Shown: positions 18,576 to 27,565 of the stretch, piece by piece
Numbering within the stretch: position 1 is the first letter of the stretch
How the letters are laid out: each line of letters begins with the position of its first letter
Origin: an uncultured Opitutales bacterium
GTDB lineage: Bacteria; Verrucomicrobiota; Verrucomicrobiia; Opitutales; JABSRG01
Assembly: GCA_964417945.1 (NCBI GenBank)
Contig: CAYQKH010000001.1
Span: 3,443-43,842, forward strand
Direction: 5' to 3'
Length of the DNA: 40,400 nucleotides
Position numbers and translations under genes: made by a program
The notes under the pieces: model-generated
Told to the model about the DNA's origin: nothing
Database searches by the model: none
The model's input: only the letters and a program-made list of their open reading frames with translations

Positions 18576-18986
18576 TCAGCCGGTGGGTTCGTCCGTGGAG
18601 AGGAAAACGATCGCCCCGGCAATTTTTGCTTCTTCGATAACTCTGACCACGACCGAGGCATCTGCGTTCCGATCAACCTGCAAAATGACCGGCATTTCCT
18701 GGGTCTGCTTAAGTCGTTCGACCGTAGAACGTACTCCAAGGACACCAATCGATTCCCCACCGTAAACGACATCACTGCCTCCTGAGATCGCGATCAGGAT
18801 GCTGTTTTTCTCGAGGTCGGCACCGGAAAAAGTCTGCACCCGGTTTACCCGGATGCCCGGCTCCTCAACGAAGACAGCGGCCACAATGAAGAAAATCAGG
18901 AGGATGAACACCATGTCGATCAACGGCGAAATGTTGATCTGGCTCATGTCGCCAGCCTTCGTCAGGGATTTTTTATGCTTGGCCAT
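18576..18986 (-). CDS. exbD: ExbD/TolR family protein (second paralog)
   Basis: QINISPLIDMVFILLIFFIV and VILQVDRNA. Confidence 0.93.
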   Translation of the reverse strand: MAKHKKSLTKAGDMSQINISPLIDMVFILLIFFIVAAVFVEEPGIRVNRVQTFSGADLEKNSILIAISGGSDVVYGGESIGVLGVRSTVERLKQTQEMPVILQVDRNADASVVVRVIEEAKIAGAIVFLSTDEPTG

Positions 18987-18994
18987 CGTCAGAT

Positions 18995-19624
18995 TTAAGC
19001 GGCCGATCGCTCGCGAAACAGCTTCTCGTATTTTTGCATCGATTTGCTTTCCAATCGGTGGAAAATAAATTCCAATTTCGTCCGCCGACGGACAATCATG
19101 TAAATCAGAACATAGCCCGGAATGGCGATCACCAACCCTGTTTGCGTCGTAATTAGAGCTTCCGAAATGCCGGAAGCAATCAGATCGATCGTCCGTCCAA
19201 CATTTTTCGTCAGGCCCTCGAAGGTTTGCAACATTCCTGTCACCGTTCCCAGCAGCCCCATCAGGGGTGCCACCGAAACCAGAATCGCGAGAAAGGTGAT
19301 ACGTTGGTCAATCTGCGGGATGTGAGCCGATCGAACCTCTTCAAACCGAGTCCGGAGATCCGCCATTGATTCCAGATTTTTTTGCGTGTAGTCCACAATG
19401 TAACCAATCTCACCCGAAGCTTTTTCCGGCTCTGCTACCCAGTCATCAAGGTCCGTCGGTTTGACCTTCAGATAGTTCCCTTTGTTAAAGTGGAAATAAA
19501 GTTCAAATGCGGTGAAGTAGATGAAGGCCGCCAACAACACCAGTGGGATCATTAACGGGCCCCCGTCGGACCAGAGCGACCATGCTTCTTGGAAAATTTC
19601 GGTGATGAAGGAGGAATCTTCCAT
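18995..19624 (-). CDS. exbB: MotA/TolQ/ExbB proton channel
   Basis: APLMGLLGTVTGM and GISEALITTQTGLVIAIP. Confidence 0.92.
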   Translation of the reverse strand: MEDSSFITEIFQEAWSLWSDGGPLMIPLVLLAAFIYFTAFELYFHFNKGNYLKVKPTDLDDWVAEPEKASGEIGYIVDYTQKNLESMADLRTRFEEVRSAHIPQIDQRITFLAILVSVAPLMGLLGTVTGMLQTFEGLTKNVGRTIDLIASGISEALITTQTGLVIAIPGYVLIYMIVRRRTKLEFIFHRLESKSMQKYEKLFRERSAA

Positions 19625-19631
19625 TGTCAGC

Positions 19632-21029
19632 CTATCCTTCGGTGTGCTTCCTGTTCAATCCATTGACGAAGGCGGCGGAAAATTTCTCCATCGTCGCCAT
19701 CACCCCTTGGGCACGCCGTGCTAAAAGTGCGTGCAAGATGAGGGCGGGAATAGCCGTAATCAGACCATATTTGGTCGTGATTAGCGCTTCGGAAATGCCG
19801 CCAGCGAGCTTGCTCGCATCCGAGGTGCCGAAGAGCGTGATCTGCTCAAAGGTGTTGATCATCCCTGTAACCGTTCCCAGCAGCCCGAGAAGCGGAGCGG
19901 TCGCCGCCGTTACCGCAATGAAGGGAAGCAGGCTCTCAAGGCGGGGCTGAGTTTCGAGCATCCGCTCGTAAAGCACTTCCTCAAGCAGCTCCCGGCTGTC
20001 TCCGGAAAAAGTAACCGCGTCCACCATTAATAAACCAAAGGGGCCTTTTACGGCTTGCGCGCGATTCATTGCCTCATCTTTCTTTCCTTCATTTACCAGG
20101 GTCAGGATTTCCTGAAGAACTGTTTCGCTCGGCTTGCTCACCGAGAACACCGCGAAAAATTTATAAAGTCCGATCAGCATCGAGAGCAGGAAGAAGGCAA
20201 TGATCGGCCAGATCCAGACACCACCCGCCCGAAGCTCATCTTCGAGGGTGGTCTGATTGATCGTAATCTCTACCGCATCATTCAAGGTCGGGTCTTGCGG
20301 CAGCACACCGGAGCCGGTGCTCGCCACATTTGCGATTTCTTGCTCAAATCCGATCGTCAGGATCTTCGGCCGGGTTGGTTTCCGACGATCAACCAGTCCC
20401 GATACAATTCCATCATCGCTTGAAAAAAAGGAGGCCGGACCGGTGATCATAAAGGTTCCGGACTTGCTTTCGCCACCCTCGACAATCGCTTCTCCTTGAA
20501 ACATCCTCCCACCAATCGTCTCCTCAACGCGGTCCAATGCGAGAGAAACCACCTTGCTCTGAGCCTCAAATAACGTTTCGTAGGGTATGTCCTTTTCCGT
20601 TGACGCCGCGTTTTCCTTAACTGCTTCGATCTGGTCCTGGTAGAGCTGCTTTTCCGCAATGTTGATGGTCGCTTCAAAGCGACGATTAAAATCATTCAGG
20701 AGGTTTTCCATGTAATCGATGTTTTCCTGAATTTGCTCAACCTTTTCGTTCAGCTCAAGAAGGGTGTTCTGGCTTGCGTCCCGTCGCCGTTCCACCGTAC
20801 GTAGCTCGCGCTCTTTTTCGCGTGCTTCCCGTTCCAGCCGATTCAACTCGCGGGATAAAGGAATCTTTTCTTCCCGGATCTGAGCCTGCAACTCGGCATA
20901 TTCTTCAACCGCGGCATCCAGGTCCTCGCGAATTGACTGCTTCGCTTGGGTGAGTGACTGCCCCTGGAGGGTGCCCAGGGTCAGAAGCCCCACGCTAATT
21001 AAAAAAAATAACAATTTTAAAGTGTTCAT
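19632..21029 (-). CDS. Long ExbB-family protein with N-terminal periplasmic coiled coil (TtpC-like)
   Basis: Signal peptide, coiled-coil region, then APLLGLLGTVTGMI...GGISEALITT. Confidence 0.9.
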   Translation of the reverse strand: MNTLKLLFFLISVGLLTLGTLQGQSLTQAKQSIREDLDAAVEEYAELQAQIREEKIPLSRELNRLEREAREKERELRTVERRRDASQNTLLELNEKVEQIQENIDYMENLLNDFNRRFEATINIAEKQLYQDQIEAVKENAASTEKDIPYETLFEAQSKVVSLALDRVEETIGGRMFQGEAIVEGGESKSGTFMITGPASFFSSDDGIVSGLVDRRKPTRPKILTIGFEQEIANVASTGSGVLPQDPTLNDAVEITINQTTLEDELRAGGVWIWPIIAFFLLSMLIGLYKFFAVFSVSKPSETVLQEILTLVNEGKKDEAMNRAQAVKGPFGLLMVDAVTFSGDSRELLEEVLYERMLETQPRLESLLPFIAVTAATAPLLGLLGTVTGMINTFEQITLFGTSDASKLAGGISEALITTKYGLITAIPALILHALLARRAQGVMATMEKFSAAFVNGLNRKHTEG

Positions 21030-21049
21030 CGGATGAGTCGTGCTGGGGA

Positions 21050-21841
21050 TTACGGGTTAATCGTTTCGATGTTGATGGGTAGGCTGACGAATCGAGCCAG
21101 GAGTTTTTTCTCCTTAATTTGGACCGCATCAAAGACCTCCGACTCAATCCCGGGGATTATCTCGAAGCTCCATTCCCCTTTCGCCGGTTTCCCTATTCCG
21201 GCGACCGTCTCGTTCTCATCCACGAAGTAAGCCGAGGACAACCCGTAATAAAGAACCGAGAATTCGCGCTCTGTCTGACCATTTACTGCAAGAAGCTGGG
21301 GGTGCACCTGTATGGAATTCTTGAAATTGTTGATCTCATCGAGCAGGGCAATGACCACCACCGCCCGATTGTTCAGCAATCGCCGACTTCCTTTTTCGCC
21401 CTCTTTCGGAAGCTGGTCGAAAAGACGTCCGCTCTTTTCCAGAAGAGGCCTTGGAAGGTATTCCTTAAGGTCCCGCAAGCGAGCTTCGTATTCGGAAACA
21501 AGCGGTTCAAAATAGGCAAGGATCTCTTCGAGCTCTTCGATTTTCGTCTGCAACTCGGAACGCCGGTCCTCCGCTGCCGTGGTCGTATCCTCGATAGATT
21601 TTAAGGTGTTTTCGACCCCCTCAATCTGCCGTTGAAGCGTGCCGACGGTGTCTTCGATGATCTGCTTTTCAATGGCCCATTCGTTCTTGGACTCGGCGAT
21701 AAAACGCCGGGTTTCGATTAATTCGGAGAGGGCATCCCGGGAATCATCAATGATGTCTTGCCCGTATGTCGGAATTCCGACCCACGGAGTTGCGGACGCC
21801 AATACCGCGAAAAGGATTTTCAAGATTCGGTGTTCAATCAT
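21050..21841 (-). CDS. DUF3450-like periplasmic coiled-coil protein (TtpB-like)
   Basis: Signal peptide, coiled coil, C-terminal VLYYGLSSAYFV...GEWSF. First gene of the ExbB-ExbD-TonB operon. Start MIEHRIL at 21841. Confidence 0.75.
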   Translation of the reverse strand: MIEHRILKILFAVLASATPWVGIPTYGQDIIDDSRDALSELIETRRFIAESKNEWAIEKQIIEDTVGTLQRQIEGVENTLKSIEDTTTAAEDRRSELQTKIEELEEILAYFEPLVSEYEARLRDLKEYLPRPLLEKSGRLFDQLPKEGEKGSRRLLNNRAVVVIALLDEINNFKNSIQVHPQLLAVNGQTEREFSVLYYGLSSAYFVDENETVAGIGKPAKGEWSFEIIPGIESEVFDAVQIKEKKLLARFVSLPINIETINP

Positions 21842-22173
21842 GGTTGGGTATTTGAAAATGATTGGAATTGAGGGAGGGGGGGTAGGGGTTTGACTGTTAC
21901 CGGTTTGGTGCAAGGCTTCTATCGGTTTGAAATTATTGGAGGTTTGTCAACAAGCGATTCTGTAGGCCGCGTTTTCTCCTTTCCGATGGACAAAAAACGG
22001 AGGCAAACCGATTGGGATGCCAAAAAAACTTCGGACGCATTGTCGGTTGGGAAAAGAGTAATCTGAAGATCTAAAACCTCTGCATTTTTGATGCCGTTTA
22101 CCAGGGAATGTTTATTTTAACCAGCGATCGCACTCTTGTGGAAACAATCCTGACCAGAGCGGTCTCTCAATGG

Positions 22174-25100
22174 ATGTTTCGAATGGGCCACATTGTTTCC
22201 ATTTTTTCCTTCTTCCTTTTATCGGGCTTATTCCTGGCGGCGGTCGCCGAGGAGCTGGATCTCCCCACAACTTGGATTGTCTGCTGGGAGGGAGCCCCCC
22301 CCGCGGACCATCTCCAATGGGAACAGATGGGGTGGTCTTACCAACGTCCGATGAAAAATATCGACCACCTGCACGTCGTGATTCCGCTCCATGAGGAGGG
22401 GCTCACCCGTCTTCGGGAACGGGACGTCCGAGGCCTTCCTCCGCACCAGCGGATTCCCCGCTTTCTCCGCGCATATCGAAAAAGCCAGGGAGACCCCTAT
22501 CCCGCCTTCCTCTGGGCGGAACCCGTGAAGGCCGGCCCCGCGCGCACTCGGGACTTTCCCCTCCCCCTCCTGGACGACCCTCTACTCGATCAACAATGGC
22601 ACCTCCATAATCGGGGACAGACTGGTGGAATCCCGGGACGGGATGCCAATATCTTCCAGGCATGGCGTGACGGGGTCACGGGACAGGGGGTTGTCGTCGG
22701 TATTGTCGACGAGGGGATTGAGCCCGACCACGAAGACCTTGCCGGGAATTTTGATGCGGCCCTGAGCTATGATTTTCTAGAACGGGATGGTGACCCGACC
22801 CCGCTCGATTCCGGCGAAACGCATGGCGTGGCGGTCGCGGGCATCGTCGCGGCGGAAGGAAATGATCTCGGCGGGATCGGAGTTGCCTACGGGGCGCGTA
22901 TTGCCTCCCTTCGGGCCCTCGAGGACCGGTTCGGCGACTCCCTTGTCACCACGACCACGATGGGCGAAGTCCTCAACCACCAATTCCAGCAAATCGACAT
23001 TTATAACAATAGCTGGGGGTATGTGCCAAACGGAGGGGGGGATACCGTCGGCTTCCTCAACATCACCGCCAGCTCTACCCTCCAGACCGCACTGGAGAAC
23101 GGGATCCGTCTCGGACGGCGGGGCCTCGGTTCGATCTACGTTTGGGCGGCAGGCAACGCCGGAGACTTCGGGGGAGATGTCAACCACGACCAATTGATCG
23201 CTTCACCCTACACCCTTGCGATCGGGGCGGTCGGCGATGAAGGGGTCCGCTCGAATTTCAGCAATACCGGTGCTGCACTCTTTCTCACCGCTCCCTCTTC
23301 CGGAAACAACGGCAGCATCACCACCCTCGACCTGACCGGAAGCCGGGGTGTTTCCCTTGGCTCCTACCGCTCTGATTTTGGAGGAACTTCCGCCGCCGCA
23401 CCCATTGTCGCGGGTGCCGTCGCTCTCATGCTGGAAGCCAATCCAAATCTCACCTGGAGGGATGTTCAGGAAATTTTGGCCCGGACTGCGGCGATAACCG
23501 ACCCCCGTCATCCCGGCTGGTCCGTAAATGGCGCCGGCTTCGCCATCAGCCACGAGTACGGGTTTGGACGCCTCGATACCGCCGCCGCCGTGCGACTCGC
23601 CCGCTTGTGGAAGCCCTTACCCGCGGAAGAGGAATCGATGGAATCCAGTGCGTCCGGTGCCGCTTCCATTCCTCCCGGCTCGTCCGACGGCGTTACTGCA
23701 AGGATCGACGTCGACCATCGCCTTCGCTTGGAGCATGTCCAGGTCTCTTTGGAATTAGAGTCGTCCGATTGGGGCGCGATGGAAATAACCCTGATCTCTC
23801 CTGTGGGAACCGAAAGCCGACTGTCCACCCCTTTCGCCGCGACCGCCCAGCCAACTGGCTCCACTTGGCTCTTTTCCACCGTCCGGCACCGCGGAGAATT
23901 GAGTTCCGGTCGCTGGCGCTTGCGGGTGGCCTCCCGTGACCCTGCCGTCGAAGGCGTTCTTCGGAGTTGGGCCCTGATGTTTCGCGGGGCCGCGTCTGAG
24001 GCCTTTGAGGATGCTCCCCCCATAGCGGTGACCGACCGGATTCAAACCCTTGCGGTCTTGGGCGCATCCAATGTGTTGCAGAACGATTCCGACCCTGAGG
24101 AAGAGGGAGTTCATCTTCTTTCCGTGGAACGACCGAAGGAGGGAGACGCCTGGATCGGAGACGGCGGGGCCATTTCCGTCCAGGTGGATCCGGCTTTTCG
24201 CGGCCTGCTCACGCTGCCCTACCGAATTGCCGACCCCTCTGGAAATACCGCCCGCGGTCATCTGGAATTCATTAACCCCCGCCCACGGGCGAACCCGGAC
24301 ATCCTCGGAGCCCTGCCGGGCGCACCCTTCTGGTTCGACCCCCTTGAGAACGATTTCGACGCCGATGGGGATCCCCTTCAGGTCCAATCCGCTTCCCTTC
24401 AAGGTTTCGAGAATTCCCTTCTATCCTATCCCGGCACCCTGCGGATCGACTCATTGGCGATCCTGCCCGGCACGAACCTCAACCTCGCCTACACCTTGAC
24501 CGATAACGACGATGGGAATGACTCCTCGGACATTTCCATCTTCGTTCCCCAGACGCGCGATTTCGCCCTCTCCTTCAGCCTGCAGGAAGAAGCTTTCGCA
24601 CGGGTACCGGCCACCCGCACCCTTGACCTCCGTGAAGCCCTCACCCTTGAGGCCTGGATACACCCCACCGGTTATGGCGAATTGGCCCTCTCCGGCTTCG
24701 GCCGGATTTTCGACAAGGAGGGGGTTCTTCTTTTCCTCAATCAGGGCAGCCCTTTTTACGGCGAGCGGTCCCTTGTCTTTTTTCTGCGCCAGGAAAACGG
24801 CTCCTCCGCCGCCCGATACTCCCTGCCCGGCTCCATCCCCCTCGATACCTGGACCCACGTCGCCGTCACTTACGACGGGCGGTCGGACGTCCGCTTCTAC
24901 CTAAACGGGGAAGCCGTTCCGGCAAACGCGCCATCTGACGATGCGGTTTTCGCCCCTTTGGTTGGTCCTGCCATCAGCACGTTGAGGGACGACCTCTACT
25001 TCGGCCAAAACCGCGAGGGAACCCGGGGGTTTGAAGGACGCCTCGACGAGCTTCGGATTTGGGAACGCGTCCGCACGCCCGAGGAAATCAATCAGGTCTA

Positions 25101-25581
25101 CGACCGTCCGCTGCACGGCTTTGAACCGGGTCTTGTCGGCTATTGGCCGGTCATCGAAGCCCGTCGCAACCGCCTCGTGGAGCGGACCGGGCGGAGTCCT
25201 CACGCCCGCTTTGAAGGGGCTCGCTGGGCGGAAGGCAACCTTCCCGGACTCGCTGACGATCGCTGGCCAGAGGCCATCCAAACGCCCGAGGGATGGAGGA
25301 GGAGCGAGTGGTTCGGCACCTTTTTTCCGGATTCCTCCGGTTGGGTCTTTCAGGAAAGACTGGGCTGGGTTTATCCCGGAGAGGGCTCGGAGGCATCCCT
25401 CTTCCTCTTTGATGATCAAACCGCCTCCTGGTTCTGGACCAGCCGACGACACTTCCCCTATCTCTACCGCTACGACCGGCAAGCCTGGGTATATTTTCAA
25501 CCACTCGGCGAATCCGAGCGCTTCTTTTACGATTTCGCTACCCAACGTTGGGAGAGCGACCCTCCGCCGCAGCGCCGGTAA
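22174..25581 (+). CDS. Secreted kexin/furin-like S8 serine protease with P-domain, Ig/cadherin-like repeats, LamG-like domain and Trp-rich C-terminal module
   Basis: Catalytic triad IVDEG / HGVAVAG / GTSAAAP; oxyanion WAAGN; LTWRDVQ and YGFGRLD; P-domain LEHVQV...LISPVGT; NVLQNDSDPE and PLENDFDADGDPL repeats; TLEAWI...WTHVAVTYDG...LDELRIW. Start uncertain (22108, 22174 or 22183). Confidence 0.9.
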   Translation: MFRMGHIVSIFSFFLLSGLFLAAVAEELDLPTTWIVCWEGAPPADHLQWEQMGWSYQRPMKNIDHLHVVIPLHEEGLTRLRERDVRGLPPHQRIPRFLRAYRKSQGDPYPAFLWAEPVKAGPARTRDFPLPLLDDPLLDQQWHLHNRGQTGGIPGRDANIFQAWRDGVTGQGVVVGIVDEGIEPDHEDLAGNFDAALSYDFLERDGDPTPLDSGETHGVAVAGIVAAEGNDLGGIGVAYGARIASLRALEDRFGDSLVTTTTMGEVLNHQFQQIDIYNNSWGYVPNGGGDTVGFLNITASSTLQTALENGIRLGRRGLGSIYVWAAGNAGDFGGDVNHDQLIASPYTLAIGAVGDEGVRSNFSNTGAALFLTAPSSGNNGSITTLDLTGSRGVSLGSYRSDFGGTSAAAPIVAGAVALMLEANPNLTWRDVQEILARTAAITDPRHPGWSVNGAGFAISHEYGFGRLDTAAAVRLARLWKPLPAEEESMESSASGAASIPPGSSDGVTARIDVDHRLRLEHVQVSLELESSDWGAMEITLISPVGTESRLSTPFAATAQPTGSTWLFSTVRHRGELSSGRWRLRVASRDPAVEGVLRSWALMFRGAASEAFEDAPPIAVTDRIQTLAVLGASNVLQNDSDPEEEGVHLLSVERPKEGDAWIGDGGAISVQVDPAFRGLLTLPYRIADPSGNTARGHLEFINPRPRANPDILGALPGAPFWFDPLENDFDADGDPLQVQSASLQGFENSLLSYPGTLRIDSLAILPGTNLNLAYTLTDNDDGNDSSDISIFVPQTRDFALSFSLQEEAFARVPATRTLDLREALTLEAWIHPTGYGELALSGFGRIFDKEGVLLFLNQGSPFYGERSLVFFLRQENGSSAARYSLPGSIPLDTWTHVAVTYDGRSDVRFYLNGEAVPANAPSDDAVFAPLVGPAISTLRDDLYFGQNREGTRGFEGRLDELRIWERVRTPEEINQVYDRPLHGFEPGLVGYWPVIEARRNRLVERTGRSPHARFEGARWAEGNLPGLADDRWPEAIQTPEGWRRSEWFGTFFPDSSGWVFQERLGWVYPGEGSEASLFLFDDQTASWFWTSRRHFPYLYRYDRQAWVYFQPLGESERFFYDFATQRWESDPPPQRR

Positions 25582-25600
25582 CCTGCTATTGCCGGAAAAA

Positions 25601-26206
25601 CTATTCGGGACGAACCGGCTCCGCCACCTGTTGACGCTTCAATGCCTCCAACCGGGCTTCGAGCTCCGCGATTTCCGCCTCCACCCTCTTTTCGTTTTCC
25701 GATTCGATTTGCGAGTCCAAGTCTGCGATCTCCGTTTCCAGTAACCGGACGCGTCTTTGCTTCTCCTCCAGGGTTTCCGGTTCCTTCTCCAAGGCGGCTG
25801 CCACCGGAGTTGCGGTTGCAGGAGATTCCGCCGCGGGAGCTGTCTCTACTTTGGCACCCGCTGCTATCTGCCGGGCATTCTCCCGTTTCGCTTCAAGTTC
25901 GGCCTGCCGGATTCGCTGCTCCTGCTGTGCCATCTCTTCCATCTGCTTCTCCTCCTCCTTCCGGTCCTTCTCATTGCCAACCGCGCCCCCGATCGCCGCA
26001 CCAAGCGTCGCTCCCAGGAGCACCCCCTCGTTTTGCTCGTCGGACTGGTGCCCGATAACGCCTCCGATCACCGAACCAATCAACGCTCCGGTGGCCGCTC
26101 CACGCGTCGTATTTGTGTTTGTTTCACAACCCGAAAAAAACAGCGTAGAGAATGCCGCTCCCATGAACGCCACCCCACGCGTCACTCTTACACCAACGAT
26201 TTTCAT
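25601..26206 (-). CDS. Glycine-zipper lipoprotein with coiled-coil tail
   Basis: Lipobox FFSGC; GAATGALIGSVIGGVIG...GATLGAAIGGAVG; E/K/Q-rich tail. Start 26206 or 26164. The ORF-track start at 26311 abuts the tRNA and is unlikely. Confidence 0.82.
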   Translation of the reverse strand: MKIVGVRVTRGVAFMGAAFSTLFFSGCETNTNTTRGAATGALIGSVIGGVIGHQSDEQNEGVLLGATLGAAIGGAVGNEKDRKEEEKQMEEMAQQEQRIRQAELEAKRENARQIAAGAKVETAPAAESPATATPVAAALEKEPETLEEKQRRVRLLETEIADLDSQIESENEKRVEAEIAELEARLEALKRQQVAEPVRPE

Positions 26207-26310
26207 TTGTTTGATAGACACAATGCCGCAGCCGTTGTTCAGCCGCAAACCGTTTTTCACCCGATCCGGGGTCGAGGACCAACCCAGCTCCTGCTCCTCC
26301 CCAAGGTGCA

Positions 26311-26385
26311 TGGTGCCCCCACCGGGACTCGAACCCGGATTAACGGTTTAGGAAACCGCGGTTCTATCCATTGAACTATGGGGAC
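26311..26385 (-). tRNA. tRNA-Arg (anticodon CCT)
   Basis: Reverse complement GTCCCCATAGTTCAATGGATAGAACCGCGGTTTCCTAAACCGTTAATCCGGGTTCGAGTCCCGGTGGGGGCACCA: cloverleaf, GTTCGA T-loop, encoded CCA. Confidence 0.96.
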
Positions 26386-26447
26386 GGCTCACGAATCTTA
26401 AGGTTTTACCCATAACCGGACCGCCTATAGGTTCAAACTATTCTGCC

Positions 26448-27176
26448 ATGGCTCTGAAGAAAAAATTACGGGAAATTCTAGATGAGCAGACCACCATGAC
26501 CGGTCGGATGGTCGACGGGATCATCCAATTCCTGATCCTCTTCTCCCTGGTTTCCTTTTCCATCCAAACCCTTCCCAATCTCGATAATCCTATCCTCCAG
26601 ATCCTTCAGGTTACCGAGGCCATTATTATCGTAATTTTCACCGTGGAGTATATCTTGCGAGCCCTTGCGGCGGAGAAGCCTTTGCGGTATGCGACCAGCT
26701 TTTTTGGGATCATCGACCTCCTCGCCATCCTGCCCTATTACGTGGCCATCGGGCTGGACCTCCGTGCGGTGCGGCTTTTCCGGGTCCTGCGGATCATCCG
26801 CTTTTTCAACCTCCCCCGCTACAGTAAGGCGATCAACCGCCTTCGGGTCGCCTTTCGGCTGGCGAGGGAGGACCTCGTCATGTTTTCCGCCGTTGCCTTC
26901 ATCCTGTTCTATGTCGCCGCCGTCGGTATCTACTATTTTGAGCACAAGGTTCAGCCCGAGGCCTACGGCTCCATTTTTCATTCCATGTGGTGGTCGGTCG
27001 TCACCCTAACCACCGTGGGCTACGGGGATGTCGTCCCCATCACCGTCGGCGGGAAGATTTTTACCTTCTTCGTCCTTATGATCGGGCTCGGATTGGTTTC
27101 AGCACCAGCCGGCATCCTCGCTTCCGCGCTTTCTGAAGCACGGGAGATCATCAAACGGGAAGAGCAAACCAAATGA
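26448..27176 (+). CDS. Voltage-gated-type (6TM) potassium channel
   Basis: S4 segment LRAVRLFRVLRIIR; pore WWSVVTLTTVGYGD. Confidence 0.95.
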   Translation: MALKKKLREILDEQTTMTGRMVDGIIQFLILFSLVSFSIQTLPNLDNPILQILQVTEAIIIVIFTVEYILRALAAEKPLRYATSFFGIIDLLAILPYYVAIGLDLRAVRLFRVLRIIRFFNLPRYSKAINRLRVAFRLAREDLVMFSAVAFILFYVAAVGIYYFEHKVQPEAYGSIFHSMWWSVVTLTTVGYGDVVPITVGGKIFTFFVLMIGLGLVSAPAGILASALSEAREIIKREEQTK

Positions 27177-27301
27177 GCCTTCCCTTCGCCTTATTTTTTG
27201 CTGCGGCTTCCCGAATCCTTGACCGAATTGCCAAACAGCCGGCCTCCGGCAGGAAAAGGCTTGATTTCCCCCCTCAATTCCCTTCTTTTAACACTTTTGT
27301 C

Positions 27302-27505
27302 ATGAACACCACCGAAGAAGAACCCAAGCCGAAGCAGTCCTGGAATCCCATGGACCTAACCCACCGCGATGTGGACATCCTTGTCCGTTATGTGACCGAT
27401 ACCGGGAAAATTCAGCCTCGCAAAATCAATGGTTTGAATGCTCGCCAGCAGCGGCACATCACCCGCCAAATCAAGCGGGCTCGCAATCTCCTCCTCATGC
27501 AGTAG
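27302..27505 (+). CDS. rpsR: 30S ribosomal protein S18 (Cys-less form)
   Basis: HRDVDILVRYVTDTGKIQPRKINGLNARQQRHITRQIKRARNLLLM. True ATG at 27302. Confidence 0.93.
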   Translation: MNTTEEEPKPKQSWNPMDLTHRDVDILVRYVTDTGKIQPRKINGLNARQQRHITRQIKRARNLLLMQ

Positions 27506-27530
27506 ATTTTTTCTTCTCCGGAATTTCAGC

Positions 27531-27560
27531 AAAGTCCCGCTCCCGAGCGGGCTTTTTTTT
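27531..27560 (+). terminator. Rho-independent terminator after rpsR
   Basis: CCCGCT-cccg-AGCGGG stem followed by C and T8. Confidence 0.85.
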
Positions 27561-27565
27561 GTCAA

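Noticed and set aside
26311-26385. tRNA-Arg as an integration site for a genomic island
   Set aside because: No integrase is present and I saw no duplicated tRNA 3' end by eye. The flanking genes look like ordinary chromosomal genes.
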